In this document: piece by piece, positions 13,386-26,493 of the stretch
How the letters are laid out: every line of letters begins with the position of its first letter
Numbering within the stretch: position 1 is the first letter of the stretch
Assembly (NCBI RefSeq): GCF_006345805.1
Contig: NC_043006.1
Span: 65,596,001 to 65,660,000 of the forward strand
Length of the DNA: 64,000 nt
Direction: 5' to 3'
DNA from: Octopus sinensis
Taxonomy: Eukaryota
The notes under the pieces: generated by a model
Seen by the model: the letters and a program-made list of their open reading frames with translations, nothing else
Told to the model about the DNA's origin: nothing
Database searches by the model: none
Translations under genes and position numbers: made by a program

Positions 13386-14184
13386 AACAAATGTTGATAG
13401 TCTTTTCTTTCCTGAAGCATTAAAACTGCCCAGTGAAGAATATAATATTATTTAATATATCTTAATACCCCCCCCCCCCACACACACATACAGTCTGTTT
13501 CTATCTCTGTCTCTCTCTCTGAATTGATTGTAAATTTCATAGTAGAATGGTTTGAGCCCTTACCTTAAATCTAATCAAATGGTCTGATTATACAAGTTGT
13601 TGACTTTCTCTTTTACTCTTGTACATTCAGTCTTTCATACTGATCTGTTATAGGAATCAATCAAGAGTTGTGCAAATCAATTTAATATCTAGAAATTCAA
13701 TAAATACATCCATTTAACTTACACTATCGGTAGGATTTTTTTCTTTTTTGTATTTAATTTTTTTTTTTAAAGAAATTTTCTTTTTTTTTTTCCTCCTCCT
13801 CTCTCTTTTTTCTTTTAATTTTAGAGGTAAGATTGGTCCAGACTATTAAATTAAAATGGCCTGTTAAGAAACCTCGTGCAATAATAATGATGATGATGTC
13901 TGAGAAATATTCCTTAAGTGATCTTTAGAAACCATTTTTTTTTTCATCTCAGTCATCTTCCTTAAGAAAGAAAAAATAGTTCTGATGGAGAAAAAGAGAA
14001 GGGGAGGAAGGAGAAGTGGAGAAGAAAATTGAAATCAATGAAATCTTGACAATCTTTTCAAATAAGGTTTTTGTAAAGGATGAGAATTAAGTTGACTGAC
14101 TTTGAACTTATTGATTGATTTTGATGATTTCAAAGTTGAAAATGGCAGACTTGTGGAGAGGTTGTGAAACATTGGCCCCCCACC

Positions 14185-14186
<2 letters not shown>

Positions 14187-14249
<63 letters not shown>
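14187..14249. repeat. (CT)n microsatellite
   Basis: About 30 perfect CT units. Confidence 0.95.
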
Positions 14250-14253
<4 letters not shown>

Positions 14254-14616
14254 CACAAGAATTTATCTCTACATAGAAACACAATAGCAAGTTTGACCAT
14301 TAACAGATTCATTTTAATAAGACTTTTGTTAGTTTTTTGAGGGCATTTTTTGTAGATATTTAAAAAAAATTTTCATTTCTTTATTTTATTTTTTTTTCTT
14401 ATTTGACTTTCACTTAAATTTGCTACTTTTTCTTCAATAATTTGCTCAATATATGCTACCAACCTATTGAATGTTCAAAAAAAGAAAGAGAAATCAATTT
14501 CATATCTACTGAAGAATGTGTGTATGTGGCGGGGAGGAACTAGGTCCCTAACACACATTAATGTGGTTTATTGACATTCCACTTGGAAAGGAAAGTGAGG
14601 GTGGAGAGGGAATTCC

Positions 14617-15020
14617 GACTGACTGGTCTCGTGCCAGTGGCATGTAAAAAGCACCATTCGAGCATGGTTGATGTCAGTGCCACCGGACTGGCTCCTGTGC
14701 TGGTGGCACATAAAAAGCACCATTTGAGTGTGGTCGTTGCCAGTGCTGCCTGACTGATCCTGTGTCTGTAGCATGTGAAAGGTACCATTTGAGCATGGTC
14801 GATGCCAGTACCACCTGACTGGCTCCCGTGTTGGTGACATGTAAAAAGCACTCACTACACTCTCAGAGTGGTTGGCGTTAGGAAGGGCATCCAGCTATAG
14901 AAACTATGCCAGCTCAGATTAGAGCCTGGTGCAGCCTTCTGGCCTGCCAGCCCTTAGTCAAACTGTCAAACCCATGCCAGCATAGAAAGTGGGCATTAAA
15001 CAATGATGGTGATGATGATG
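14617..15020 (+). mobile_element. RTE 3' UTR fragment with four 65-66-bp internal tandem units
   Basis: Units start at 14621, 14686, 14752 and 14817. They are followed by GGTTGGCGTTAGGAAGGGCATCCAGC and a (GAT)n tail. Confidence 0.85.
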
Positions 15021-15751
15021 GGTGGCTGTGGAAAACATGATTTGAAAGAATTACCTTACTCTAAGCATGTGCCTGTAGATTGGGGTGCAACAGATGGGAG
15101 AGGGCTTGTGCCTTTGGTGGTCAGGGTAACCATGAATCTATGAGATTCCTTGATTGGCTCTTAGTTAGAGCTTCTCTTGTATTAGGAGGGCTGCATCATA
15201 TCATTATGTATACTTTTATTGCATTTCACCTGCTTTTCCACTTCTTTCTCCTCAAATTTTATGCAAATCCCTACACAAATTGCTGATAGTCTTTGTGATG
15301 TCCTCATCATCTATGACCCTGTGGCTAATAAAAGAATGCATCACCACCACCACCATCATCACCATCATCATCATCATCATCATCAAGGTGGTGAGTTGGC
15401 AGAGTCATTAGTATGCTTAGTGGCATTTCATACTTCTTTACATTCTGAGTTCAAATTCCACCAATGTCACCTTCACCTTTCATCCTTTCGGGGTCCATAA
15501 AATAAATATCATTTGAGCTTTGAGGGTAATGTAACCAACTAGTCTCTCTTGCAAAATTTGAGCCCCTGTGCTCATAACAGAAAGGGAAATCTAACTGACT
15601 AGCCCCTCCCCACAAATTTCATGCCTTGTGCCTGTAGTAGAAAGAATTATTATCATCATCATCATAATTATTATTAACCCATTGCTTGCCATTAGCCCCA
15701 TTTGGGGATCTGCTAAAAACAGTCTCACTGCTGGTTGTTTGTTGTATTTAA

Positions 15752-15971
15752 CCCTTTAGTGTTTAAACCGGCCATATCAGGCCAAAATTGTCTTCTTGTT
15801 TTATGCTTAAACCAGCCAGCACTGACCTCTCACACCTATCCTACAAAGCCATTCTAAAAGTAAACAGGGACATCATCAAAATCTCAGAGTTACAAGATGC
15901 TGTACTATTAATTTAAAACAATGTGATTAAACAGGCTTTACATTTGACAGAGTAATCTGAATGCTAAAGGG
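15752..15971. mobile_element. piggyBac-type MITE (family G)
   Basis: TTAA flanks and TIR CCCTTTAG...CTAAAGGG. Homologs at 26710-26840 (partial), 28775-28964 and 41669-41860. Confidence 0.85.
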
Positions 15972-16296
15972 TTAAAGTGAATTGCTTATGTACAATGCAT
16001 TTGCAGAGGTGTGTTTAACAATATTTAGTAGTTAAAGTTTGTCATTATTTGCTCTGGCTAATTCTAGAGGGCATTTTATGTCATAAATCGCAAATTGTGA
16101 ACTACAAAAATACTGACTGTTTTGAAAACGTTTTTTCTTTGCTTTGTTTTTGCATTTCCCATCTGTATCATTCATTGAGATTTCATACACATTAGCATTT
16201 GATACTATAGTTTCAAAAAAAAAAAAAAGCTAAAATGTTTATTATTGCAGTTGAATAGAAAAAGATAGATATACTTTTTTTTCAGGAAAAATCCCA

Positions 16297-16805
16297 TGCA
16301 TACCATCAAAGTGACTCTGGGTAAAATATACAGAGCCCAGTATACCCATCATGACTACCCGTCTGATAAGGGTACACCAGGCACGTGCATGACAACCATA
16401 TGTGCGCGACTTAGTAATCTCATATCAAGATAAACAGTACATGACTTTGCAGTTAGAATTTTCTTCAGATCGAGTAGCCTATCCCACTCAAAAGGTCCCT
16501 GAATAAGGGTTGTTCAAGGATGTTGAACATAACACCCATGTTTCCAAAGGTGAATTATCCAAACCCTAAAGAATTCCTCTCAACATATGATGCTCCCCCA
16601 CTACTTCTGCTTGTGATCAGAGATGCTCACACATGCACATAAATTGGCCATCTTTCAGTTTCTGCCTACAAAATCCTTTCACATAGCTATGGTCAGCACA
16701 GGACTATAGTAGAAGACATTTGCTCAAAGTGTCCCACGGTGGGACTGAACCTGGAACCATGTGCTTGGGAAGCAAACTTCTTATCTTGCAGCCCTGTCTG
16801 TGCCT
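16297..16805 (-). mobile_element. SINE: head A + third tail type (M)
   Basis: Head A reverse complement at 16650-16805, joined to a ~330-bp body not seen in the other head-A copies (...GATAAGGGTACACCAGGCAC...). The body is recalled as a common octopus repeat. Confidence 0.65.
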
Positions 16806-16914
16806 ATTGTATAATAACATACCAATCATATACTGGGGTTGCTGACCTTGTGTCTGAACAAGGACCCCTTTTCAGTAGGATGGGGGTGGGGTAGCAGAAT
16901 TCTTAGAGCATCGC

Positions 16915-16950
<36 letters not shown>

Positions 16951-17076
16951 ATGTCTATCTTCCATGCTATCATGGGTTGGATGGTTTGACAGAAGCTGGC
17001 AAGTCAGAGATCTGCACCAGGCTCCAATCATCTGTTTTGGCTTGGTGTACTTTGTCGAGTGTACTAGGTGCTTTAA

Positions 17077-17456
17077 CCCTTTCATTACTGTATTTATTTT
17101 GAGATGCTCTGTGTTTCTTTCAATTAATTTAAATATAACAAGGAATTTAGTAAACTTAGTTACCATTAAGCTAGGGTAGCCAGAGGCAGTTTCAGCCGGG
17201 TTGGTATCAGAAGGGTTAAATTAATCATTTGTTAACCCTTTTGTTACCATATTTCTGTTGAGATACTGTGTGTTTCTTTCAATTGATTTTAAATATAACA
17301 AAGAATTTAGTAAAATGACTTAGTTATCATTCAGCTAGTGTTAGGAACATAAATTGTGATTAAGGCTTGGTGGAAGATTTTAATTCAAAACTTATGAAAA
17401 CAAGACATTTGTACTCAGAGCCAGAGCTGGTTTCAGCCAGGTTGTTAATTAAAGGG
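17077..17456 (+). mobile_element. Head-to-tail pair of family F piggyBac-type MITEs inside an RTE tail
   Basis: TTAA[17077-17215]TTAA, a 12-bp spacer, then TTAA[17236-17456]TTAA. The host RTE tail resumes as GTGGCACTGG. Confidence 0.9.
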
Positions 17457-17971
17457 TTAAGTGGCACTGGCACAGGTGCATTTTATGTGGCAGCAGCAAA
17501 TTGCTTAAGATGACTTATCCTTAATGCTCGAGATTTATCTTTTGGATTACATTATCTGCTGGGTTATTCATTAGAACGGCCTGTTTTTGACAACCAGTTT
17601 CTTGGTTTCTTTTCTTCTTATAAAATACTTCTAGCCTTCGTGATTGTTGGGGTCAAAGTTGACAGTGTGTCTGTGAGAAGAATTGGAATTGTGTATCAAT
17701 TCCTTCATTGCTGTTGACTTCATTAATATAATTATCTCACTCAGAGATTCAAAACTAGTTGTGTTTCTCATCTTTTATCTTTTACGTGTTTCAGTCATTG
17801 GATTGCAGCCATGCTGGGGCACCACCTTGAAGGGTTGACTCAAACAAATTGATCCCCTTATCAATTTAATAAGTTTGCTACTTATTCAGTCGGTCTCTTT
17901 TAGGGCTGTAAACAAACCAACCACCAGTAGTCATGCAGTGGCAGGGGAGAAACACAAAAATACACACACAC

Positions 17972-18380
17972 ATCATCATCATCATCATTTAATGTCTGTT
18001 TTCCATGCAGGCATGGGTTGGATGGTTTGACAAGAGCTGACCAGCTGAAGGGCTGTTCAGGTCCATGTCTGTTGTGGCATGGTCTCTACAGCTGGATGCT
18101 GTTCCTAATGCCAATCACTTTATAGAGTGTACTGGGTGCTTTTACACAAGCACCAGTATGGGTGCTTTTACATGGCACCAACACCTACAAATCCCCAAGA
18201 TTAAGGATGCTCAACTGAAGAGGGTTGTTGGGGACAAGCCTGTATTCAAGGACAACCATGCTTTTACTTAGCTTGACATATCTTCTTCAAGCACAGCAAA
18301 CCGCCAGGAGTCTTGGTTCCCTGTCATTGCCTCTGTGAGTCCCAATGTCTGTAGATCCTTTCTCATCTCTTTGTCTACAC
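17972..18380 (-). mobile_element. RTE LINE 3' end including ORF C-terminus
   Basis: The minus frame reads KDLQTLGLTEAMTGNQDSWRFAVLEE (RTE-like ORF end) and continues into the family C tail and (GAT)n. This links family C to RTE. Confidence 0.8.
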
Positions 18381-19339
18381 AGATGTATATTTGTGAGTAG
18401 ATGCACGATGCAATGACTAAAAGTAAACAAACTTCATACCAGTTCAAATATGCTTGAGAGATATTTGAAACCTGTAAAAGGCTTTTCAATGTGGTCTTTG
18501 ATGGACAGGAAAAAGTGTTGCTTTGGCTAAAAGGTGTAAAAACACCATAATCAGCTCAAAGTGCTCTTCATTTGATTGATGGATACATGTCTTGAACTAA
18601 TTTTGTTCTCAACTGAACCAGACACACAGCAGGCTTCCACTTAGTTCCTGTCTCCCAGATTCTCTCAGAAAGCATTGGTTGGCCCAAGGCTCCAAGGTGC
18701 CATGCAGCGGGACTGAACCTGAATCCACATGGTTGCAATGCAAGATTCTTGACTACATAATCATGCCTGTGTTCAAATAATATTAACTATGACATGCCAA
18801 CAATGGATATTTCTAAATAGTTACTTGATCTCTCTTCACTTGTTCCCAACCTCTAGCAACATCTTCAAAACAGCGCTTATGTATTCTCTATCTTAAATAT
18901 ATAGTGTATCAACAATTGTTGTTGTTGGTTAAGCAAAATTATAATCAAAGATGTTATCATTTGACCATCCAGCTCTTATTCAAGCATAATCACCCCCTCC
19001 TTGGTATCAAGTTGTTGTTTTCTCCCCTACATCACCCTGGACGAATGATCAGTGATGTTTCTTGGGGTTATTAGGTGTTCAGACACACTCACCCAGGTGA
19101 CCCGGCAAAGATTAATCAAGCCCCTGCTTGTGTCCAGTCTGTGCTACCCTTGGTAGCGATGTCCCTTCCAGATCCCAAGATGAACAGGTTTACAATTTTC
19201 ACTGGCCGACCTCCTATCACGTTCACTTTATGTGATGGTATAAGGACTGCTTGGAGCATTAGGACACAAATATTTTTGATAGGAATCACAGGAGACCATT
19301 CAACTTTGAAATAAACCATCAAAGTTTGGAGCAGTTTAA

Positions 19340-19562
19340 CCCTTTTGTTACGGTATTTCTCTTGCACTATATTGCATTTGTTTCAATTAATTTTGAAAAT
19401 AATTAAGAATTTAGTAAAATATCTTGGCCATTATTAATCTGGTGATTGTAGCATAAATTAACATGGAATTTTAGTGGGACATGTTTTAATTTAGATCACT
19501 TTATATAGGAAGTTTGTATCATAGTAACAGAGGTGGTCTTGGGCAGGTTGTCCTTGAAAGGG
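19340..19562. mobile_element. piggyBac-type MITE, diverged family F relative
   Basis: TTAA-CCCTTTTG...GAAAGGG-TTAA, with internal similarity to family F. Confidence 0.8.
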
Positions 19563-19699
19563 TTAAAACAATAAACTTTCTATTACTTGCCTGGTTGTCT
19601 ATCAAATCCAATTATGACCATCTCCCTTTCTTGTGGATCTTCTGCTGATGTACATTCCAGTCCTTGAGGTACAACTTTAGCTGTATACAATACAACTGA

Positions 19700-19980
19700 T
19701 AAAGGGCTGTTTCACAAATGTGTCCCTTTTCTTGTTTCTCTTGATGCTGTTAAGTGTTTCTCTTCTCCCCTACTCTCAGCCCTCTTCTAGCAATGAGAGC
19801 ACCATAGACAGCAGTGGATATTAGTCTTTTTTTTATGAACGGTTGATGTTGCCCTTCTTCAATATGCTTTTCAGTTAGTCTGTAAGCTGCTTCATTTCTT
19901 CTCCATCCAAGTACTGAGCATTATGTATCTGGTCATAGAGGATCCTGCTGTGAAGATGGGAGTTAATCACAGTTTCTGCA
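19700..19980 (-). mobile_element. Old RTE-like LINE C-terminal fragment
   Basis: Degenerate minus-strand translation resembling RTE RLPKRILYG...KDQLK...GNI. Heavily decayed. Confidence 0.4.
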
Positions 19981-21545
19981 TGTCATTCAGTTAATGTGTT
20001 TGTAGAGAAGATTTTTAAATGTTTCTGGCACAGGTGCAGGTGTGGCTGTGTGCTTGAGAAGTTTGCTTCCCAACCACATGGTTTTGGGTTCAGTGCCACT
20101 CTGTGGAACTGTGGGAAAATCATCATCATTATCATTGTTTAACGTTGGTCTTCCATGCTGGCATGGGTTGGATGGTTTGACAGGAGCTGACCAGGCAGAA
20201 GACTGCGCCAGACTTTTGTATCTGTTTTGGTATGGTTTTTTCACAGCTGGATGCCCTTCCTAACACTAACCACCCTGCAGAATGGACAGTGCTTTTTATG
20301 TGGAACCAACACTGGCAACGTCAGTTTTGGCATGGTTTTTACAGCTAGAGGACTTTCCAAATGCCAACCACTTTACAGTGTGGACTGGATGCTTTTTACA
20401 TGGTACCAGCACTGGCAGGGTCACCAAGTAACTTGCAAGGCAAAGAACCTTTGAGAGGAGAAGTGGGTATTGGAGGCAGTGATCTTGTGTCAGCTGAAAG
20501 TCTTCTATTGTAGGCCCAAGCTGTCCAAAGCTTTGTGAGTAGATTAGGTAGGCAGAAACTGAAAATAGCCTCTGTGTGTGTGTGTCTCCCCTTGTGACAT
20601 CATGTGATTGTTGTAAATGAGTGTCACTGTCATACAGGCAGTGTAATGTATATCTAATATTTTGCGCAAAAATGTTTGGCCAAGGGGAAATATTACCCTA
20701 CTTGGAAAACAGGTGAGGGTTGGTCACAGGAAGGGCATCGGGCTATAGAAAACCTGCCCCATTAAACTCCATCCAACCCATGCAAGCAGGAGAAAGCGGA
20801 CGTTAAAACAATGAGGATGATGACTGATATTGATTCAACAAAGGACTTCTGTGTATGGAGCTTTCGCCGGGGAGACTGAAAGAATCTTCTGGATACACAG
20901 AATACCATGCAAGCAAATGAAAACAACTACAGTTACAGCTCCTCCCTACTATTATAACAACCACTGCTGCCACCACCACCACCACCACCACCACCACTAC
21001 TACAACAAGATCCTCTTAAATTTATAGTCCAGAACACCATGACAAAGCCGTCTCCCTGCTTTTCAGTCAAGACATACCTACAAAATCATTGAACACTATT
21101 GCAAAACCAGATACCACTTTTAAATGGGGGTGGATTGTCAGAATTCTTAGATCATCATCATCATCAATATCATCACCATCATCATCGTCATCATCATCAT
21201 TTAACATCTCTTTTCCATATTGGCATGGACTGGACTGTTTGGCAGGAGCTGGAGAGCTGCACAAGGTCCCAATTGTCTGTTTTGACATGGTTTCTATGGT
21301 TGAATGCCTTTCCTAATGCCAACCACTTTACAGTGTCTACAGGGTGCTTTTTATGTGGCACCAGTATGGGAGATTCTTATGTGGTACCAGCACAGCTGCT
21401 TTTTCACAAAGTTACAAATATTACACCCTGTCTAGACACAAATACAAATCACTAGATCTTCGTATTGTCCTAGTCCCTTGACTAACAACCTAGGGTTACA
21501 TACTGATGGTTGTAGCAACAATGTAATGCTAAGGCGGTCTTAGAT

Positions 21546-21777
21546 CTTTTTTTTTTTCTACTCTAGGCACAAGGTCCGAAATTTTGGGGGACTGGCAGGA
21601 GGGGGGCAGTCGATTAGCTCAACCCCAGTATGCAACTGGTACTCAATTTATCGACCCCTGAAAGGATGATAGGCAAAGTTGACCTCGGCGGAATTTTAAC
21701 TGCGAACGCAAAGACAGATGAAATACCACTAAGCATTTCGCCTGGCGTGCTAACGATTCTGCCAGCTCGTCGCCTTG
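21546..21777 (-). mobile_element. SINE family B with 14-bp TSD
   Basis: TSD AGGCGGTCTTAGAT (21532-21545) and AGGCAGTCTTAGAT (21778-21791). The poly(A) tail appears as a T-run. Confidence 0.9.
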
Positions 21778-22042
21778 AGGCAGTCTTAGATACTGTTCAT
21801 GGACTGACCTAGTCCTCCAGAAACACACACACACACACACCATGCATTAAAAAAAAAGGTCAAGCTAGTTACTGCTAATGACATTCATTAACAATACAGT
21901 CTTAATTTATGCTAGGTTAATCAGCTGTGCTTTATTCTTCCTCACTTCTCTTCCCCTATTTACTTCCATAGCTGTACTGTATTATCTCTAAGTTAATATA
22001 AATAACATTATAGGCTCTTATTTATATGTGTGTGTATATGTG

Positions 22043-22074
<32 letters not shown>

Positions 22075-22229
22075 CACACACACATACGCACATTTACTCA
22101 TTCATGCTTATTAACCTAATAGAAATGCCTAATGCTAGTTATCTTCATGAAATATTAAAAATCTATTAATGTACATATAAGTGTGTGTGTGTGTGCAAGT
22201 TTGTACATGTGCATATATATATATATATG

Positions 22230-22271
<42 letters not shown>

Positions 22272-23122
22272 ATCATCATCATTGTTTAACATCTGTTTTC
22301 CATGCTGGCATGGGTTGGGCGGTTCCACTAGGGTCTGGGAAGCCAGGAGGCTGCACCAGGCTCCAGTCTGATATACATCATCATCATCATCATTGTCATC
22401 ATTTAACGTCCGCTTTCCATGCTAGCTTGAGTTGGACGATTTGACTGAGGACTGGCGAACCAGATGGCTGCACCAGACTCCAATCTGATCTGGCAGAGTT
22501 TCTGCAGCTGGATGCCCTTCCTAATGCCAACCACTCCAAGAGTGTAGTGGGTGCTTTTACGTGCCACTGGCACGAGGACCAGTCTGGCGGTACTGGCAAC
22601 TGCCATGCTCAAACGGTGCTTTTTATGCACAGGAGCCAGTCCAGTGGCACTGGCAACGACCTCGCTCAAATGTTTGTTCACGTGCCACTGGCACAAGTGC
22701 CGGTAAGGCGACACTGGTAATGATCACGCTCAAATGGTGCTGTTTACGTGCCACCAGCATGGAAGCCAGAGAGCTGCTCTTGCAGTGATCCTACTTGGAT
22801 GGAGCTGTTAGCACTCCCCTGGCACAGGTGCCAAGTCCAATGAAGGAAGGTTGGTATGAGTGCCATTCATCGAATTTGGTTTGACTTCGATTTCACTTGC
22901 CTCAACAGGTCTTCGCAAGCTGAGTTTTGTGTCCAAAGAAGTAACGGTACGCATAAGTGGCTGGATACACCCCCCCCATACACACACATGCAATCATCAT
23001 CAGCGTTTAACGTCCGCTTTCCATGCTGGCATGTGTTAGACAGTTTGACTGAGGACTGGCAACCCAGAAGGCTGCACCAGGCTCAAATCTGATCTGGCAA
23101 AATTTCTACAGCTGGATACCCT
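22272..23122 (-). mobile_element. Cluster of three RTE 3' ends, one with extended UTR
   Basis: Three (CAT)n-TTTAACGTCCGCTTTCCATGC-type starts (~22272, 22376, 22992). The middle copy carries hairpin repeats and further upstream UTR. Confidence 0.8.
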
Positions 23123-24931
23123 TATATATATCATAATTTTTAATGTTTACTTTTCCATGTCTGCTTGGGTTGGCAGGTGTTTATTGAGGCAGATTTTCTA
23201 TAACCAGTGTCCTTTCTGTTGCCAACCTTCACCTGTTTCGAAGTAAGACAATATCTCCCCATGACCAGACATGTTCTTGCAGAAGATTGGAAATGAATTA
23301 TTTTGCTTATATGACAGCGACACTCATTTACAACGACACAGTATCAGTGCATGGAGACACACACACACGACAAGCCTCTTTCAGTTTCCCCCTACAAAAT
23401 TTACTCTCAAGGCTTTGGTTGGTTCATGGCCACAGTATCAAACAACTTGCCCAAGATGCCATGCAGTGGGAGTGAACCTGAAATCATATGGTTGGGAATC
23501 AAACTTCTTAATCACACACACACACACGTCCATACATACATCTGAAAATATTATTGAAAAGAAACCACCATAATTCATATTTTCTGGGAGAGGAATGTCA
23601 TTTGTGGCAGCACTGTTGTGAATTATTTCACTAACTCATAATTAACAACATATTAAATCTTCATTTATTACTCCACTAGTTTTTTCAAGGAATCAAGCTG
23701 TCAATTTTCTCAATGGTTACTCACTACTTAATTCTAAACATCATCTTTCTGGTAGCGCCATACCACAGTATGGTTGCTGTATGTCAACCTTGTATGACCT
23801 TGTCTGTCAATCTTTACAGTGTTGCCCAGCCATAGTTTTTGAGTGTTGTTGTTCACCCCAGTTCAATTCTGACTAAACAGGTCTATATTCAAAGGGGTTC
23901 CAGACAAAATGGTGTTGAGCCATGTGTATCTGAAGGTACATGGCTTTGTGGTTAATGTGTTACACTCACGATTGTATGGTTGTAGGTTCGATTCCTAGAC
24001 CAGATGGTGCATTGTGTTTTTGAGCAAAACAGTTCATTTCGCAGTTCAGTTGCAAATGGATAACACTGTCAAAGGCTGGTGCCCTGTTAAGGAGAACTGT
24101 TGTGATCTTGGTCACTTATTTGCCATGGAAACTGAATAACCAGCTCTATGAGTCTAGGAATTGAAACGGTGTCCAGGGCTTGATGACCACCTGAATGACA
24201 ACAATGACAGTCATCTGTTTTGGATTATATTGTTCCTTTTCAAGTACTGTGGAGACACATGGCTTAATGGTTCGGGTGTTGGAATCATGATCATATGTCT
24301 GTATGACTCGGGAAGGATCTCTCTTTTCAAGACCTGTATAATTGTAGAGTGATTTGGCTGCTATTTCTAGCAGTTCTGGTGACCCCCAAAGTAATTCCTA
24401 TAGTTGTTGTACAATCCACATCTTTTATTAATAATGCTAACCTGGAAGAACTGTGAACCACTCCTCTCTCCAGATGCTGAGTTTGTGAACTCCTGCTTCT
24501 CCTTTTCAGTTAACATCCATTTTCCATGCCAGAATGGGTTGGACAGTTCAACTGGAATCAGTAAACCAGAGGACTGCATTGAGCTCCAATGTCGGTTTGT
24601 TGTGGTTTCTATGGCTCGATGCTCTTCCTAACACCAACCCTTTTACAGAGTGTATCGGGCGCTTTTCTTGTGGAATTCAGTTATTACAACTTTGAATATA
24701 ATCCCTTCTTTTTTCACTCATTATGTCATTCTTAGCCCTGTTTATTACTGCAATCTGAGCCGAAGGTCCCTTACTGAGATTCCTGTATGTTGATTGCATA
24801 TGGACTTGATCTCCATTCTGGAGATATCAAGATCTTCCTATCTTTCCTGTTTCAGTCTCAGTGGCCCTGAAAAAAACCACAGGCACTGCTTCTTTCTGTT
24901 CCAACCCATAAATAAATAAAGAGAAAAGAGA

Positions 24932-25515
24932 AGGTGCAGGCATGGCTGTGTGGCTAAGAAGCTTGCTTTGCAACTCAGTGGTTCCGAGTTCAATCCTATT
25001 GCATGGCACCTTAGGCAAATGTTCTCAACTGTAGCCACAGACCAACCAATGCCTCGTGAGTGAATTTGGTAGATGGATTTTGTGTGGAAACCCATCATGT
25101 GTGTGTGTGTGTATCTATGTTTGTTTTTATGTTTGTCACCACCATTTATGTTCCCATAACCTAGCAGTTCAGCAAAAGAGACCGATAGAATAAGTACCAG
25201 GCATAAGATATAAGTACTGGAGTTAATTTGTTCAACTAAATCTCTCAACCAGGGTCCTTAACCCCTTTAGGGATCAATATGATATTTTTGTTGTTAAAAT
25301 TTATCTGCAATAAACTGGTTTATACTTCTAAACTGCATAGCATAATTATACAGTAGGATTTTTTTAAACACTGAGTGGCTATGAGAGATAGTAGAAGAAA
25401 ATAAGAATGAAAGGGGTCCACAGGGTAAAAAATGATCGAGAACCCCTGAGCTAAACCGTCCAGAACAATGCTCCAGCGTGGCCACAGTCCAATGACTGAG
25501 ACAAGTAAAAGGTAG
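24932..25515 (+). mobile_element. SINE family A interrupted by a hAT MITE remnant (~25225-25449)
   Basis: The SINE tail (GTTCAACTAAA ... GCTCCAGCGTGGCCACAGTC) is split by family H sequence ending GAGAACCCCTG. Confidence 0.75.
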
Positions 25516-26303
25516 AAGCTATAATGCTGTGAGTAAGTAGAGTGTTTTTAAAACATGTTTGATGGGGTTAGCTTTAGTAAATGAATGATGTAAACATGCT
25601 AATTCTTTTGTTCAGAGTTGTTTTATAGACTCAGCTCAGCTTTTTAGTTGTTAAATCCACACCACTGCCAGTCTTAGAGGGAGTTAAAGAATTTATTTGT
25701 TTGGTAACATATATTCAGTTAGAAAGCAAGCTGGGTTAGGGAGTGATGTGACTTGATGATGGGCTCTCACAGCAAACAAGTCTGTCATGGTTGAGTGCTT
25801 AACAGTAGGCAGGGCATCCTGTTGTAAAAGTAATCAGTCCAACCCCAGATAAATCTTCAAAATTTGCTAAAATGCTAGACATTTTAAATCCATTATTTCA
25901 TAACGAGGAGGAAATGCAGGTAAAATAATTTAAAAAAACAAAAACAAAAACGGGTTGCTTGCTGTTTGTGTAACAAAAGAATTAAATTATGTACAGGAAA
26001 GTGTCTACTTTTACTGTGAAGAATTGTGGTGTAACTCCCCAAATTAAATGAAAGGAACATATTATTGGGTTAACCTTCTTTACTGCAGAAATCAGATACA
26101 TCCATTTGGAAATTTCATTACCCTTAACTGCACAAAACAGTTTAATATACCAGTCTTTCTTTTGTTGAGGAACATCAAGTTTAAATCTAATAGCAGCCAA
26201 ATCAGAAATTCTACCCTATGGTCTTAAAAAAGAGGGATACTATGGACAATGTAATCTTAAGTATTTGAAACATGGAATGGTCATATGTAGAACAAGTCTA
26301 ATT

Positions 26304-26493
26304 CAGTGGTTCCCAACTTTTGTGATGCCTTGCACCCCTAAAATCTTTTAATATGTTCTCGCACCCCTTAATGAAATAATTTATATAAAAATAAAGGTGC
26401 CCAGGGCAATTGCCCTCTTTGACCCTCTATAAACCCAACCCTGCTCCAACCCCACCGGGAATGTTATCTCGCACCCCTGGTTGGGAACCCCTG
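26304..26493. mobile_element. hAT MITE with perfect 8-bp TSD
   Basis: TIR CAGTGGTTCCCAAC / GTTGGGAACCCCTG. TSD GTCTAATT at 26296-26303 and 26494-26501. Confidence 0.92.

Noticed and set aside
12912-13420. Three overlapping repeat-rich ORFs
   Set aside because: All three frames are open because of a minisatellite.
14621-14860. CRISPR-like hairpin repeat + spacer array
   Set aside because: The spacers are homologous to each other, the array is part of a multicopy RTE 3' UTR, there are no cas genes, and the context is eukaryotic.
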